Origin: a virus
Taxonomy: Duplodnaviria; Heunggongvirae; Uroviricota; Caudoviricetes
Length of the DNA stretch: 64,000 nt
Strand: one strand, 5' to 3'
IMG/VR virus record: IMGVR_UViG_3300035670_000056
Span: 1 to 64,000 of that record
Below, one piece after another: positions 36,581-47,661 of this stretch. The stretch's first letter is position 1. Each line of letters opens with the position of its first letter. The position numbers and the translations under genes are program-made. The notes under the pieces are model-generated. The model saw only the letters and a program-made list of their open reading frames with translations, searched no databases and was not told the DNA's origin.

Positions 36581-38977
36581 TTATATATCTATACTAAATC
36601 CATATTCATCCACCAATGTTCCGCCATCTTCTAATGCTGCTTCTACCCAAATACCTGAAGTTGCGCTTATTTTTCTTTCATTGTTGGAACAATTGAGTAT
36701 TACAGGTAATTTCCAGTTGGAACCTGTATCATATTGATATACCGGCCAGTTTTTTGTAACAAAACTAGCTCTATAAGGTGTGTTATAATCATAATTGGTT
36801 ACATATAAACCAGGATTAGAATTACCTATTACTTGAAATGCCAGATCCTCACCATAATTTACTATACTTTGTGTTAAATTACCCCCACTCATATAATAAA
36901 CTATATTGACTTGATTTACATAATTTGTGGGAGAATCACTATTAAACGTTACAGTTGAAGCGGTACTATATGGTCTAAATGTTGTATTTGAACCCAATAC
37001 AGTTTCACTAATATTAGGTGTATATGATATATCTTTAAATGAACCAGACAATTTTGTCTTGTTATTTATATTACTTTCACTTCGTAATGATGATAATCTA
37101 TTGTTTGCACTAACATTTACTTCAAATCTAATATCATCATATTTCAATGATTTTAAGTCTGATGATTGATTTACCAACTTATTATTAGATTCATCTTCAT
37201 ATACCAATTTGCGCAAATTGTCTGTGGTATTAACCAATCTACCATATTCAGTCATTGAATAATTCAAACTATTTAATGCCACATTGTATGTCATATTATT
37301 TGAATATGGTCCTTGAAACATACTCAAATTGGTCAATACACTGCTATTTTGCGTAACTGTTCTGATATATTCGTTGGGTACAAATGTTATGGAACTCAAA
37401 GAAGTTGCAAATGAAACATTATCACCATAATCAGATAGTTTTAGTAGTAAACTATTTAAACCATTGTTTTGCGCAACCAAATCAATCTCATATTGATTGT
37501 AATTTAAACTACTAATAGTGAGATTTTCATTTACAATTTCAAGTTGTACATTATTATGACTTAAACTACCCAAAACATTATTTGAAATTGAATTATCACC
37601 AAAATTAATATAGTTACTTAAACCATTTAAAGCTATAGAGTTATTGGATATATCAGAAAAGTTTGCGTAATTGTTTAAACCAATTATATTACTTGTATTA
37701 ATTGATGTATCATTATAATTTACATAATACCCAGAGGATTTTAGTACTAATGAATTATTAGATGTATCAGCATAATTTATATAATATCCAGAAGATTTTA
37801 ATGTTAATGCGTTATTAGACGAATCAGTATAGTTAACATAATACTGCGATCCTAACGTAGATACAGCATTTTGTGATGCATCATAAAAATTTACATAGTA
37901 CTGTGAACCCACTGTAGATATTGCGTTTTGAGATGCATCATAAAAGTCTACATAATATTGCGAACCCAATACCGCTAATGCATTATTAGATGTGTCGTTA
38001 TAGTTAATATAATACTGCGAACCCACAGTGGATACTGCGGTTTGTGACGCATCATAAAAATCAATATAGTATTCTGAGCCAGCTACTGATACAGCTATTT
38101 GAGATAAATCGGTATAGTCTATATAATACTGTGAACCAGCTGTGGATACAGAGGTTTGCGATGCATCAAATAGATTTGTGTAATAAGATGATCCAAATAG
38201 CTGTAAATTATTGTTTCCAATATCAATTTGAGATGGTAAATGTAATATGCTATATAAGTTAACACTATTAACTGAATTATCAATATCAGGTTTATAATTT
38301 GTGATACTGTTAAGTGACGTATTAGTATTACCACCATCTAATATATCTGTGTAATAATTTGAACCATTTAATGCTATATTTGTTATTATTTGATCAGATA
38401 GATTTTTGTAGTGATCTACACTGTTTAGTGTATTGTATATAACACTTGAATTTAATATTGGAGTATCATATACGGTACTATTTAGTGTTATATTTTGATT
38501 ACCAACATTTATTTTTGGATCAACTAATTGAACGTTTGAAACATTAATCGAATTAAAAACGGGATCACTTTCAAGTTTTAAACTTGTGTTATTTAATGTG
38601 GGTAATACTGTAGCTGATTCTACAGATGCGTTTGCGTATACAACACTGTTCAGTGATTGTGCATAATCAATTTTATCCCCTATTGATAATTGTTTAGATA
38701 CATTATTGACCGAACTGTATAATGTAGCTGGATTATATAGTGGGATAGCATTAGCTGAACGTAATGTTATGTTATTGGTAGATAATTCTGTATCTACTAA
38801 TTTAGTAAGTTCAGAGTTTAGTGTGAGGTTTAAACTTGCACTTTCAACTACTTTGACTCTGAAAATAAGATTGCGTCTATTTAATGAAAGAGGAGTACCC
38901 AAATACTTTCTGGTGAGAAAGACTGGGTAGATCGGATTAAATAGAAACGACGCTGAATTTGTAGCTCTAAATATCAT
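36581..38977 (-). CDS. Large repeat protein (798 aa) with ~17-aa GSQYYVNFYDASQNAVST repeats
   Basis: More than ten degenerate repeats in the central region. Confidence 0.55.
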   Translation of the reverse strand: MIFRATNSASFLFNPIYPVFLTRKYLGTPLSLNRRNLIFRVKVVESASLNLTLNSELTKLVDTELSTNNITLRSANAIPLYNPATLYSSVNNVSKQLSIGDKIDYAQSLNSVVYANASVESATVLPTLNNTSLKLESDPVFNSINVSNVQLVDPKINVGNQNITLNSTVYDTPILNSSVIYNTLNSVDHYKNLSDQIITNIALNGSNYYTDILDGGNTNTSLNSITNYKPDIDNSVNSVNLYSILHLPSQIDIGNNNLQLFGSSYYTNLFDASQTSVSTAGSQYYIDYTDLSQIAVSVAGSEYYIDFYDASQTAVSTVGSQYYINYNDTSNNALAVLGSQYYVDFYDASQNAISTVGSQYYVNFYDASQNAVSTLGSQYYVNYTDSSNNALTLKSSGYYINYADTSNNSLVLKSSGYYVNYNDTSINTSNIIGLNNYANFSDISNNSIALNGLSNYINFGDNSISNNVLGSLSHNNVQLEIVNENLTISSLNYNQYEIDLVAQNNGLNSLLLKLSDYGDNVSFATSLSSITFVPNEYIRTVTQNSSVLTNLSMFQGPYSNNMTYNVALNSLNYSMTEYGRLVNTTDNLRKLVYEDESNNKLVNQSSDLKSLKYDDIRFEVNVSANNRLSSLRSESNINNKTKLSGSFKDISYTPNISETVLGSNTTFRPYSTASTVTFNSDSPTNYVNQVNIVYYMSGGNLTQSIVNYGEDLAFQVIGNSNPGLYVTNYDYNTPYRASFVTKNWPVYQYDTGSNWKLPVILNCSNNERKISATSGIWVEAALEDGGTLVDEYGFSIDI

Positions 38978-39016
38978 TGGTTTATATACATATTACAAAC
39001 CAATTGGATAAATATG

Positions 39017-39289
39017 TTAGAATGGAGGATTAGGATCTGTCCATTCAGGTGTAGCCAGTATATTTAATATTTCTGGATAAGTGTATGGACCTTCTTTGGT
39101 GGTCACTTCGTTGAAGAATTCAGGTGTTGCACCATCCCATTTACAAAATGTTTTGGTTTTATCTACTGATAGCCTCACAGTATCAATTGAAGTTTCTTCT
39201 ACTTTAGTGAAATCTACAAGATTCAATTCACTTACATTGAATATCATAAATTCTCTATCCTCATATATTGTTACATTTGTTTCACTCAT
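39017..39289 (-). CDS. Small structural-region protein (90 aa)
   Basis: ORF track. Confidence 0.4.
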   Translation of the reverse strand: MSETNVTIYEDREFMIFNVSELNLVDFTKVEETSIDTVRLSVDKTKTFCKWDGATPEFFNEVTTKEGPYTYPEILNILATPEWTDPNPPF

Positions 39290-39294
39290 AAATT

Positions 39295-39954
39295 TTATAA
39301 TCCGTATCTAGCTCTTGTAATATTATAATTTTGTAATATTTCCGTAACACTTAATACTCTGTTGTATATTTGTACGACCCCGATAGTACCCGGTAAAAGT
39401 TGACTTCCATCACCTCCTGTACTAATACCTAAATTGTAATCATCACTAGTTTTATACATTGTTGTTGTGTATACTAACACACCGTTTATATATACTGTTG
39501 CGTTGTTTGGTGAATTGCTAGAAAACGTCAATGTAATGAATCTCCAATTTCCATTAGAAATAGATATACCTGAATTTCTATTAGTTCCAGTACCCCAATC
39601 GTAAAGTAGTAAATTGCCTCCATAATTATATATCCCGTAGTTTAAAGCCTTAACTACTATACCTTGATAAACTACAGATGTAGAAGTAGTCTTCATCCAC
39701 ACATTTACTGTTCCTGAAGTTAATTTCAGAGAGGCGCCATTACCACAATTTACATAATCATCAGTACCATCAAACACAATGCTTCCTTGATTAGCTGCGT
39801 TAAATGTGGGGCCATTAATAAGAGTGCCTGTATTGTTATTACCGCTTAAATCTCGCCAAGTGGTACCTGTGCCAGGATAACTAAGTTTATCAGCAGCATC
39901 TAGTGCTAATACCACTCCGCTTGTTACAATTTTTGGACCTCTAGCTATTCCCAT
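39295..39954 (-). CDS. LamG/ConA-like jelly-roll protein, triplet A member 3
   Basis: PKIVTSGVVLALDAADKLSY...WRDLSGNNN...GPTFNAANQGSIVFDGTDDY and a C-terminal LQNYNITRARYG. Confidence 0.55.
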   Translation of the reverse strand: MGIARGPKIVTSGVVLALDAADKLSYPGTGTTWRDLSGNNNTGTLINGPTFNAANQGSIVFDGTDDYVNCGNGASLKLTSGTVNVWMKTTSTSVVYQGIVVKALNYGIYNYGGNLLLYDWGTGTNRNSGISISNGNWRFITLTFSSNSPNNATVYINGVLVYTTTMYKTSDDYNLGISTGGDGSQLLPGTIGVVQIYNRVLSVTEILQNYNITRARYGL

Positions 39955-39963
39955 ATAGTATAA

Positions 39964-40665
39964 TTAGTATCCAAATCTGTTTTTAGTTGCGTTATAGTTT
40001 TGTAACACCTCCGAAGCGGATAATGCTCTGTTGTAAAATGAAGTCATATATATATTGCCACTTATATATTCTCCAGCTGGAACGCTGCCTTGATCTGCTC
40101 CAATCAACACATCATTTGTTGTATAATTTATAGTTGCAACAATATTTGATGAATTGATTAGTGAGGTATTGATGTAACTAATCATATTCGATCCATTATA
40201 AGTTGATACTATATTATATATTACGCCCGTTGAAAATGAGTATGATGTTGCTGTTTGATGGTATGTCGATGCCGATCCAATACTAAATTCCAATGTATTA
40301 TTACTATTTATTCTTAATAACCACGACAAAAATGGACTTGACCACGGAGGACCATTTTGTGCTTTTGAGATTATACAATTATAAGCTGAAAACCCATTGA
40401 ATTTTACCCACGCGCTTATTGTTAAATTTTGTGCGTAAAAAATAGAACTATTCGGTATAGTAGCATAATCATTTGTGCCATCAAATAAAATACTACCCAT
40501 ATTAGCAGCACTAAATGTAGGTCCGTTGTTTAGTGTGGCTATATTGTTATTACCACTTAAATCACGCCAACTGGTGCCACTGCCTTTATAACTAAGTTTA
40601 TCAGCTGCATCTAGTGATAAAACACATCCGCTTGTAATTATTTTGGGTCCTGATATACCAGACAT
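39964..40665 (-). CDS. LamG/ConA-like protein, triplet A member 2
   Basis: Same N- and C-terminal conserved blocks. Confidence 0.55.
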   Translation of the reverse strand: MSGISGPKIITSGCVLSLDAADKLSYKGSGTSWRDLSGNNNIATLNNGPTFSAANMGSILFDGTNDYATIPNSSIFYAQNLTISAWVKFNGFSAYNCIISKAQNGPPWSSPFLSWLLRINSNNTLEFSIGSASTYHQTATSYSFSTGVIYNIVSTYNGSNMISYINTSLINSSNIVATINYTTNDVLIGADQGSVPAGEYISGNIYMTSFYNRALSASEVLQNYNATKNRFGY

Positions 40666-40676
40666 ATATACTATAA

Positions 40677-41363
40677 TTATCTACCAAATCTACTTTTAGT
40701 TGCGTTATAATTTTGCAACACTTCATTTACAGATAATGATCTATTATTAATTAATATACTTGACATTCTACCATTTAAATACCAAAGAGCGCCACTACTT
40801 CTTATAAATCCAACATATAAATTACTTTGTTGAGATACAGCATAATTTACATTTCCAGATGCAACCGAAACACCATTTAGATAAACAGTTATTACGCCAC
40901 TATTACGAACCGCAGCAAAATTATACCAATTTCCTACAGTAACTAACCCAGCAGCACTTGTAAATGCATCGCCTACAGTACTACCAACTGTAACTAAAGA
41001 AACAGAACCATCAGAATTACCAGCTATTTGAACTCTGTTTGTATTTGAACCAGTGCTTCCATTAAAAAAAAGGCCATAACCATTTGCACCACCAAGTGAA
41101 GATGGAGTAAACCAAAATTGTATTGTAAAATCCGCATTATAATTCCAAACCAAAGAACTAATTAGTAAATAATCATCTGTGCCATCAAATACTATCCCCC
41201 CCATATTAGCAGCGCTAAATGTGGGTCCGTTAATTAATGAAAAATTATTATTATTACCACTTAAATCTCGCCACGTTGTGCCTGTGCGAGGATAGCTAAG
41301 ACGTTCAGCTGCATCTAGTGCCAATACCAAACCGCTTGTGACTATTCGTGGGCTATAGTACAT
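40677..41363 (-). CDS. LamG/ConA-like protein, triplet A member 1
   Basis: Same conserved blocks. Confidence 0.55.
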   Translation of the reverse strand: MYYSPRIVTSGLVLALDAAERLSYPRTGTTWRDLSGNNNNFSLINGPTFSAANMGGIVFDGTDDYLLISSLVWNYNADFTIQFWFTPSSLGGANGYGLFFNGSTGSNTNRVQIAGNSDGSVSLVTVGSTVGDAFTSAAGLVTVGNWYNFAAVRNSGVITVYLNGVSVASGNVNYAVSQQSNLYVGFIRSSGALWYLNGRMSSILINNRSLSVNEVLQNYNATKSRFGR

Positions 41364-41366
41364 AAA

Positions 41367-41615
41367 TTATGATTCGTTTAATATACTTGGCCAAATTGTT
41401 TTTAATTGATCTGGTGTAGTTACGGACGATAAATCGGTGGTTGTAACATCTCTTAGTGCTTGTTTTTTAGCTGCGATTTGTTGTTGTTTAACAGTATCAC
41501 CAGTTTCAACCGCACGCATAAATTCTGTATCTAATTTTTCTAAGATAGATTTTCTCGCGGTTCTCCATCTATTTTTTTGTATTTCTTTGGCTTTATCAAG
41601 GTTTATGGTTATCAT
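41367..41615 (-). CDS. Small conserved structural-region protein (82 aa)
   Basis: ORF track. Confidence 0.4.
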   Translation of the reverse strand: MITINLDKAKEIQKNRWRTARKSILEKLDTEFMRAVETGDTVKQQQIAAKKQALRDVTTTDLSSVTTPDQLKTIWPSILNES

Positions 41616-41619
41616 AATA

Positions 41620-41868
41620 TTATAGTGTATCTGTTGGATATTCCCAGGCGTTTCTGAATGTTCTATCTGTTGGTATATCTTCTACTGGCACAATTTTATA
41701 TGATGTTCCTGCGGGTACATCTTTTGCAGCAATTCGTTCAATAAATTCATCATATGTTTCATTGGAATTTTTTGCACTTATGGATGGAATTATTATAGCA
41801 ACTCCACCATTTTCCGTTGGGTATATTATTCGTTTTTCACTCATACTATTATATATAGTTAATTTCAA
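41620..41868 (-). CDS. Small conserved structural-region protein (82 aa)
   Basis: ORF track. Confidence 0.4.
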   Translation of the reverse strand: MKLTIYNSMSEKRIIYPTENGGVAIIIPSISAKNSNETYDEFIERIAAKDVPAGTSYKIVPVEDIPTDRTFRNAWEYPTDTL

Positions 41869-42926
41869 TTTCTAAATACAATTACAGAAACTACAGATTT
41901 ATCTGTGGGGATTCCGTTTTCTATGCAATATATCTGTACTGTAGAAGTTGTATGTGAATTTACATTTACACCAAAATTACTATTTGCTGCTTCATTACTC
42001 GTAGACGCTACTACAGTTGGAATTGTAGAAAAAGTTGAAGAAAAATTTACCCGATAATTACCAGTGTCTAAATCTGTTATGCTGCTTACATTATAACTAT
42101 CTCTTATAGCTACAGTACCTGTTCCATTAAAGTTGACCCAAGCTTTTGCTAATTGTGCGCCATTTATACCACCTGTTCCTATTGCAAATCCTGTTGCAGT
42201 ACTATTAACCACTACACTACTATTTGCATCACCAGCACTATCTAAAAATTGTGTTGTTTGTGGCGTAAAATTACTGGTATATCTAGCTATACCTTTAGTA
42301 ATTCTTAATTCATCTATATAACCCGCATAAGCATTTCCAGATAAAGTATCACCTATTATAAGTCCCGCAGTTCTGTTTAAATTAACAGTATATGCCGCAG
42401 AATAACCCTGTATACCATTAACAAATATTTTTAAGACTCCTGATGTTCTTACCCACGCCAAATGAACCCAAGAATTTAATGTAATTGGTACAGTTGAAAC
42501 ATATTGTGTGCCATCATAAAAATAAGGAAAATTGCTGCTATTTATTATCGCTATCCAAGGAATCGCATCGGCTGTTGCTCTAGCATCCAATACTGCTGCG
42601 GTGGATGCAACTGTTTTATATACCCAAGTTTCAATCGTAAAATCGTCAGTACCAAAGGAAAAATCTGGCGTAGGAGATGCTATAGTCAATCTATCTCCTG
42701 TACCGTCAAGATATAAGCTAGTACCACCAAATTTACTTTGAGCTGTACTTAATTGAGCATTACCGACCGCAGTAACCGTAGCATTATTTTTGCTATTATC
42801 TGTCATAGTGGTACTACCATTTGTACCATTAAAATGCATCAATAAGCTGGTTTGTGGATAATAAACATCACCTGTTGTTGTTCCAACAGGTACTGCGATT
42901 TGTGATAAAAAAGGTTTGGTTGCCAT
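41865..42926 (-). CDS. LamG-domain fibre protein (353 aa)
   Basis: AYAGYIDELRITKGIARYTSNFTP motif shared with the large fibre proteins. Confidence 0.55.
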   Translation of the reverse strand: MATKPFLSQIAVPVGTTTGDVYYPQTSLLMHFNGTNGSTTMTDNSKNNATVTAVGNAQLSTAQSKFGGTSLYLDGTGDRLTIASPTPDFSFGTDDFTIETWVYKTVASTAAVLDARATADAIPWIAIINSSNFPYFYDGTQYVSTVPITLNSWVHLAWVRTSGVLKIFVNGIQGYSAAYTVNLNRTAGLIIGDTLSGNAYAGYIDELRITKGIARYTSNFTPQTTQFLDSAGDANSSVVVNSTATGFAIGTGGINGAQLAKAWVNFNGTGTVAIRDSYNVSSITDLDTGNYRVNFSSTFSTIPTVVASTSNEAANSNFGVNVNSHTTSTVQIYCIENGIPTDKSVVSVIVFRN

Positions 42927-42932
42927 ATATTT

Positions 42933-45900
42933 TTATAATTCAGATGAAACAGAAACAGTTCCTAAAATTTCTGCAGGTGTGCCAGTAGCTCCCTGGGATG
43001 GTGACAGTGTATTAATATTAAAAATTATACCGGCCCTATTTGCAGTAATTGTAACATTAGAAGTAGATGTAGTTGAAGTTCCAACACCAAACAAATTAAT
43101 TGAAATTGAATTTCCTGTCGATAATGTAACTGTTTGATTATCTGTCCTCATCCAAGTAGATAATGGCAATTTTATGTATGCGGATGTAGTACCAAATTCG
43201 CTACCTGTCCCTGTAGATCCATTTATAGATACAAAATATCTTTGACATAATAATAGTTCCAAACCAAACAATCGTCTTTCAAATGGTGTTGCTAATGGAC
43301 CTGCTTCTAATTGAACATTGTCTATAGTCCAAGTACCAGATGTTTGAGCACCAACACTAAATACAATTTCAACGCCTGTAATAGCCGCAGATGGAATAAA
43401 TATTTGTGCGCTATATCTAGTCAATGTACTAGTTACAGTAAATGTACCCGTAGCTATTTGTGTTCTAGTTGGACTTGCCAATGTACCAAATGTATCCGCA
43501 GTATTAGCATAATAAGCTGTCCAAGTTACACTGGTCAATAAACTATTAGCCAAATCTACACCAAGTGTTGCAGTAGATCCTGCCAAATCAATACTATTAG
43601 CCGCTTCTATTCTTTGTCCAAATCCAATCGCAGTAACACTCGCCGCACCTGTAAATCTATAAGCAAATTGATTATTACCAGTACCAGCAACTCGTTGTCC
43701 AGTAACATTAGCCCCAGTACAATATGCATACCATCTATCCACTGTATAAGCTAATGCAGCCGCAGCAGTAATTGTTTGAGCTGCACCAGCATTTCTTTGG
43801 TCAACTGCCATAGCACCATTAATAATACGATTAATATTGCTAGAATTTAAATTAAAACCAGCGGTACCAATACTAACACCTGTAGCAGTACTATTTACTA
43901 CCAACGCTTTACCTACATCACCACCTGTATTAGAAAATGCAGTGGTAGATGGCGTAAAATTACCGGTATATCTTGCATAACCCTTAGTAATTCTTAATTC
44001 ATCTATATAACCTTGGAAAAAATAAGTAAGACTTGCATATACACCTATTAATAATGCTGCTGCTCCCGCTGGTAATGTAGCTGTTGATGTAAATGTAGAA
44101 ATTTGCGTGCCATTTTGAAATGTTCTAAAAGTATTTCCTTGTCGAGTTACTGCATAATGTGTCCAACTATTTGTTATTATAGAACCCATACTTACTGCAC
44201 TAGCAACATTCCAACTAGCTCCATCTGCACTTGAATAGAAATAAACATTACCAGTGTCACTCCACCCAATCATATATGGAGGATAACTACTATTATTTCT
44301 AGAAAGTACTGGTTTGTATATAGTACTTACTGTTCTGTATTCCCAATATTCAATCGTAAAATCTCCAGCACCAAAATCAAAATCTGTACTATTTGTTACA
44401 GAAACATAATCATTTGTACCGTCAAGAAATACACTAGCACCGCCAAATTTGCTTTGCGCAGTACTAATAAACGCACCATTAACTGAAGTAACAGCCAAGT
44501 TATTTTTGCTATTGTCTGTTATAGTGGTACTACCATTTACACCATCAAAGTGTAACAATGCAGCAACTTGTGGATAATAAGCATCACCAGTTGTTGTGCC
44601 TGTCAATACTATATTGGCTAAATTAACATCACTACTATTTGTAGCAGTTACCAAATATCTAGCATTAATTTTACTACCCGAAGGATAACTTTCAGTAAAT
44701 GTAACACTACTAGCACTTACAGTATAATCAGTTGTGGGAGTTTGTATAATACCATTTACACTCAACAACACATCACTTGGGGAAACTACACTTCGGCTTA
44801 AAGTATATAAATTACTACCACTGATATATCGCATCGTCTGATTTACAAGAGCAGTACCACCATTTAAAGCATAACTAGCCGTAACAGCTCTACGTGACCA
44901 ACTAGCAGTTATAGGATACAAACTACCTGTTCTTAATGTACTACCACCGCCACCAGAAGCATTTAAAGCATAACTTGCGGTCTTAGATAATAATGAATAA
45001 CTACTAGTTACACTCACACTAGTATAATCCAATACATTCACATACACTCTATTCACACTACCACTTAAAGACCCACTGCCAATTAAAGGCTGGTTTGGAT
45101 AAGTTAATCTGGTCAATTTAAGCGAAGTATCACTCAATTTCTGCACACCATAATCCACATATTTATCATCAATGCCGCCCACCAAACCCACATACTTGGT
45201 TAATATTTGATTTCTTGAATTTGGAAATGGTGAATTTCGAGGGGTAAAATTACTGGTATATCTTGCAACACCTTTCGTTACACGAACTTCATCAATATAT
45301 CCTGTTACTCCATTACCAGTTAAAGATGGATAATCTCCGATAGCACCAGGACCTTGAGGACAATTACGAGTAACAGTTCCAGATGAAATTAAATTACCAT
45401 TTGCAAAAATTCTAACAGTTCCACTTTGTCTTGTCGCTGTTAAATGCGTCCAAGTATTTGCAACTACTGTATAAGTAACTTGCAAATCATACGCTACTGC
45501 TCTAGCACCAATATAAACTTGGGTTTGATTAAATCCAAAAGTCGTACCCCCTGTAACATCTGTGGCGTAAATTAAATTTTCACCATTACGAATTGCTGTA
45601 GGATATATCCAAGCTTCAATAGTATAATCATCTGTACCAAATCCAAAACTAGAATTGCTTGTAGTTGTTAAGTAATCTCCTGTACCATCAAATAATCCAC
45701 TGCCTCCACCAAATTTATAAATATTATTATCTACCGTAACATTGCCGCTTGATGTTATCTTAAAATTGTTTCTACTATTATCAATAAATCTTCCCGCTGC
45801 ATTTAAACTATCAAAGTGACATAATAAGCTACAACTGTTATAATATTGATCCAATGTTGCAGCATCCCATTCTTCCACAACGCTTACATCCCACTTGTTG

Positions 45901-47660
45901 CTGCTCAAGCTTAATCCACTTATAGTATTTGTGCTGCCTGAAGTTACATTGGTCCAAAGTGTTTGTTTCGCAATGCTACCTGTTTGCAGTGTTGCAGTAC
46001 CACTTACACCACTACTACCGGCTGTACCACTGGTGCCTGGCGAACCCACTCCACTTGTACCGCTACTTCCACTAGATCCACTGCTACCAGCAGTTCCACT
46101 TGATCCACTACTACCACTGGTGCCGCTACTACCAGCAGTTCCACTTGATCCACTACTACCACTGGTGCCGCTACTACCAGCAGTGGCACTAGTACCAGAT
46201 GATCCACTCGTACCACTGTTTCCACTTGTACCACTTGATCCTGACGAACCAGAACCACCACTTGTACCGCTACTACCATTTGCACCACCACCCAATATGT
46301 AACTTGCAGTTAAAGCATTTCTAGCATAACTGCTGGTCACACTCACTCTAGTATAATCAAGCACATTGACATATACCCTATCCACACTACCACTTAAAGA
46401 CCCACTACCAATTAACGGCTGATTTGGATAAGTTAACCTAGTCAATTTAAGCGAAGTATCACTCAACTTTTGTACACCATAATCTACATACTTGTCATCA
46501 ATACCGCCCACCAAACCTACATACTTTGTAAGCACTTGATTTCTTGAATTTGGAAACGGCGAATTTTGAGGTGTAAAATTACTGGTATATCTTGCTACGC
46601 CTTTGGTAATTCTTAATTCATCTAAATATCCATTTAAAACAACTACTGGTGTAACACCCCAAGTATTAGCATAATTACTACCTATTGCTAATCCTCTCGC
46701 ATTTGGATTATATGGAGTTAGTGCCAAAGTTTGTGTATAACCTTGAACCCCATTAATATATCCTCTATATACATTTCCCTGTCTAGTAACTGCTATATGA
46801 TTCCAAGTATTTACACTAACCGTTCCTATTCTTCCAGTAGCACCTGTTTCAGAACCAATATCATATCCATTATTCGCAGAACTACCGGCGAAATTAATAC
46901 CATCTGTGTTATTAACCAATTCGTAACTTGCCCAAGCTATATTCAATCCACCTGCAAAATTTAAAATCATTCCACCATTTAAAGTAATCGGATAAAACCA
47001 AACTTCAATTGTAAAGTCGCCCGATAAATGTAGTGCGGTGTTATAGTTAATCAGAAGATTATCAGCCGTGCCATCAAAATATGCACTTGCACCGCCAAAT
47101 TTATATTGTGAAGTGCTTAATCTAGAATCTCCATTAGAAGTAACTGTAAAATTGTTTCTACTATTGTCAATAAATCTTCCTGCGGGATTCAAACTATCAA
47201 AATGACATAATAAGCTACAACTATTATAGTACTGATCCAATGTTGCAGCATCCCATTCTTCCACCACGCTTACATCCCACTTGTTGCTATTTAAGCTTAG
47301 TCCAGTTATAGTATTTGTACTACCTGAAGTTACATTGGTCCAAAGTGTTTGTTTCACAATACTACCAGTTTGCAATGTTGCAGTTGCGCTTACACCACTA
47401 CTACCGGCTGTACCACTGGTGCCTGGCGAACCCACTCCACTTGTACCGCTTGATCCACTTGAACCGCTACTTCCACTTGATCCACTTGCACCTGAAGTGC
47501 CTGATGTACCATTTGCGCCACTTGTGCCACTGGATCCAGCTGCGCCTCCCAATACATAACTAGCTGTTAGTGCTCTACGAGCATAACTGCCTGTACCACT
47601 AAAGGATCCTGTGAATGAACCTGAATTAATTAGATATGGTCGTATTTTTAATAATGACAT
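42933..47660 (-). CDS. Giant mosaic fibre/adhesin protein (1575 aa), three concatenated units
   Basis: N-terminal FTGSFSGTGSYARRALTASYVLGG anchor motif recurs internally twice; two collagen-like triplet blocks; two WDVSVVEEWDAATLDQYYNSCSLLCHFDS modules; three LamG domains with DELRITKG; and two LTKYVGLVGGIDDKYVDYGVQKLSD modules. Confidence 0.65.
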   Translation of the reverse strand: MSLLKIRPYLINSGSFTGSFSGTGSYARRALTASYVLGGAAGSSGTSGANGTSGTSGASGSSGSSGSSGSSGTSGVGSPGTSGTAGSSGVSATATLQTGSIVKQTLWTNVTSGSTNTITGLSLNSNKWDVSVVEEWDAATLDQYYNSCSLLCHFDSLNPAGRFIDNSRNNFTVTSNGDSRLSTSQYKFGGASAYFDGTADNLLINYNTALHLSGDFTIEVWFYPITLNGGMILNFAGGLNIAWASYELVNNTDGINFAGSSANNGYDIGSETGATGRIGTVSVNTWNHIAVTRQGNVYRGYINGVQGYTQTLALTPYNPNARGLAIGSNYANTWGVTPVVVLNGYLDELRITKGVARYTSNFTPQNSPFPNSRNQVLTKYVGLVGGIDDKYVDYGVQKLSDTSLKLTRLTYPNQPLIGSGSLSGSVDRVYVNVLDYTRVSVTSSYARNALTASYILGGGANGSSGTSGGSGSSGSSGTSGNSGTSGSSGTSATAGSSGTSGSSGSSGTAGSSGTSGSSGSSGTAGSSGSSGSSGTSGVGSPGTSGTAGSSGVSGTATLQTGSIAKQTLWTNVTSGSTNTISGLSLSSNKWDVSVVEEWDAATLDQYYNSCSLLCHFDSLNAAGRFIDNSRNNFKITSSGNVTVDNNIYKFGGGSGLFDGTGDYLTTTSNSSFGFGTDDYTIEAWIYPTAIRNGENLIYATDVTGGTTFGFNQTQVYIGARAVAYDLQVTYTVVANTWTHLTATRQSGTVRIFANGNLISSGTVTRNCPQGPGAIGDYPSLTGNGVTGYIDEVRVTKGVARYTSNFTPRNSPFPNSRNQILTKYVGLVGGIDDKYVDYGVQKLSDTSLKLTRLTYPNQPLIGSGSLSGSVNRVYVNVLDYTSVSVTSSYSLLSKTASYALNASGGGGSTLRTGSLYPITASWSRRAVTASYALNGGTALVNQTMRYISGSNLYTLSRSVVSPSDVLLSVNGIIQTPTTDYTVSASSVTFTESYPSGSKINARYLVTATNSSDVNLANIVLTGTTTGDAYYPQVAALLHFDGVNGSTTITDNSKNNLAVTSVNGAFISTAQSKFGGASVFLDGTNDYVSVTNSTDFDFGAGDFTIEYWEYRTVSTIYKPVLSRNNSSYPPYMIGWSDTGNVYFYSSADGASWNVASAVSMGSIITNSWTHYAVTRQGNTFRTFQNGTQISTFTSTATLPAGAAALLIGVYASLTYFFQGYIDELRITKGYARYTGNFTPSTTAFSNTGGDVGKALVVNSTATGVSIGTAGFNLNSSNINRIINGAMAVDQRNAGAAQTITAAAALAYTVDRWYAYCTGANVTGQRVAGTGNNQFAYRFTGAASVTAIGFGQRIEAANSIDLAGSTATLGVDLANSLLTSVTWTAYYANTADTFGTLASPTRTQIATGTFTVTSTLTRYSAQIFIPSAAITGVEIVFSVGAQTSGTWTIDNVQLEAGPLATPFERRLFGLELLLCQRYFVSINGSTGTGSEFGTTSAYIKLPLSTWMRTDNQTVTLSTGNSISINLFGVGTSTTSTSNVTITANRAGIIFNINTLSPSQGATGTPAEILGTVSVSSEL

Positions 47661-47661
47661 A

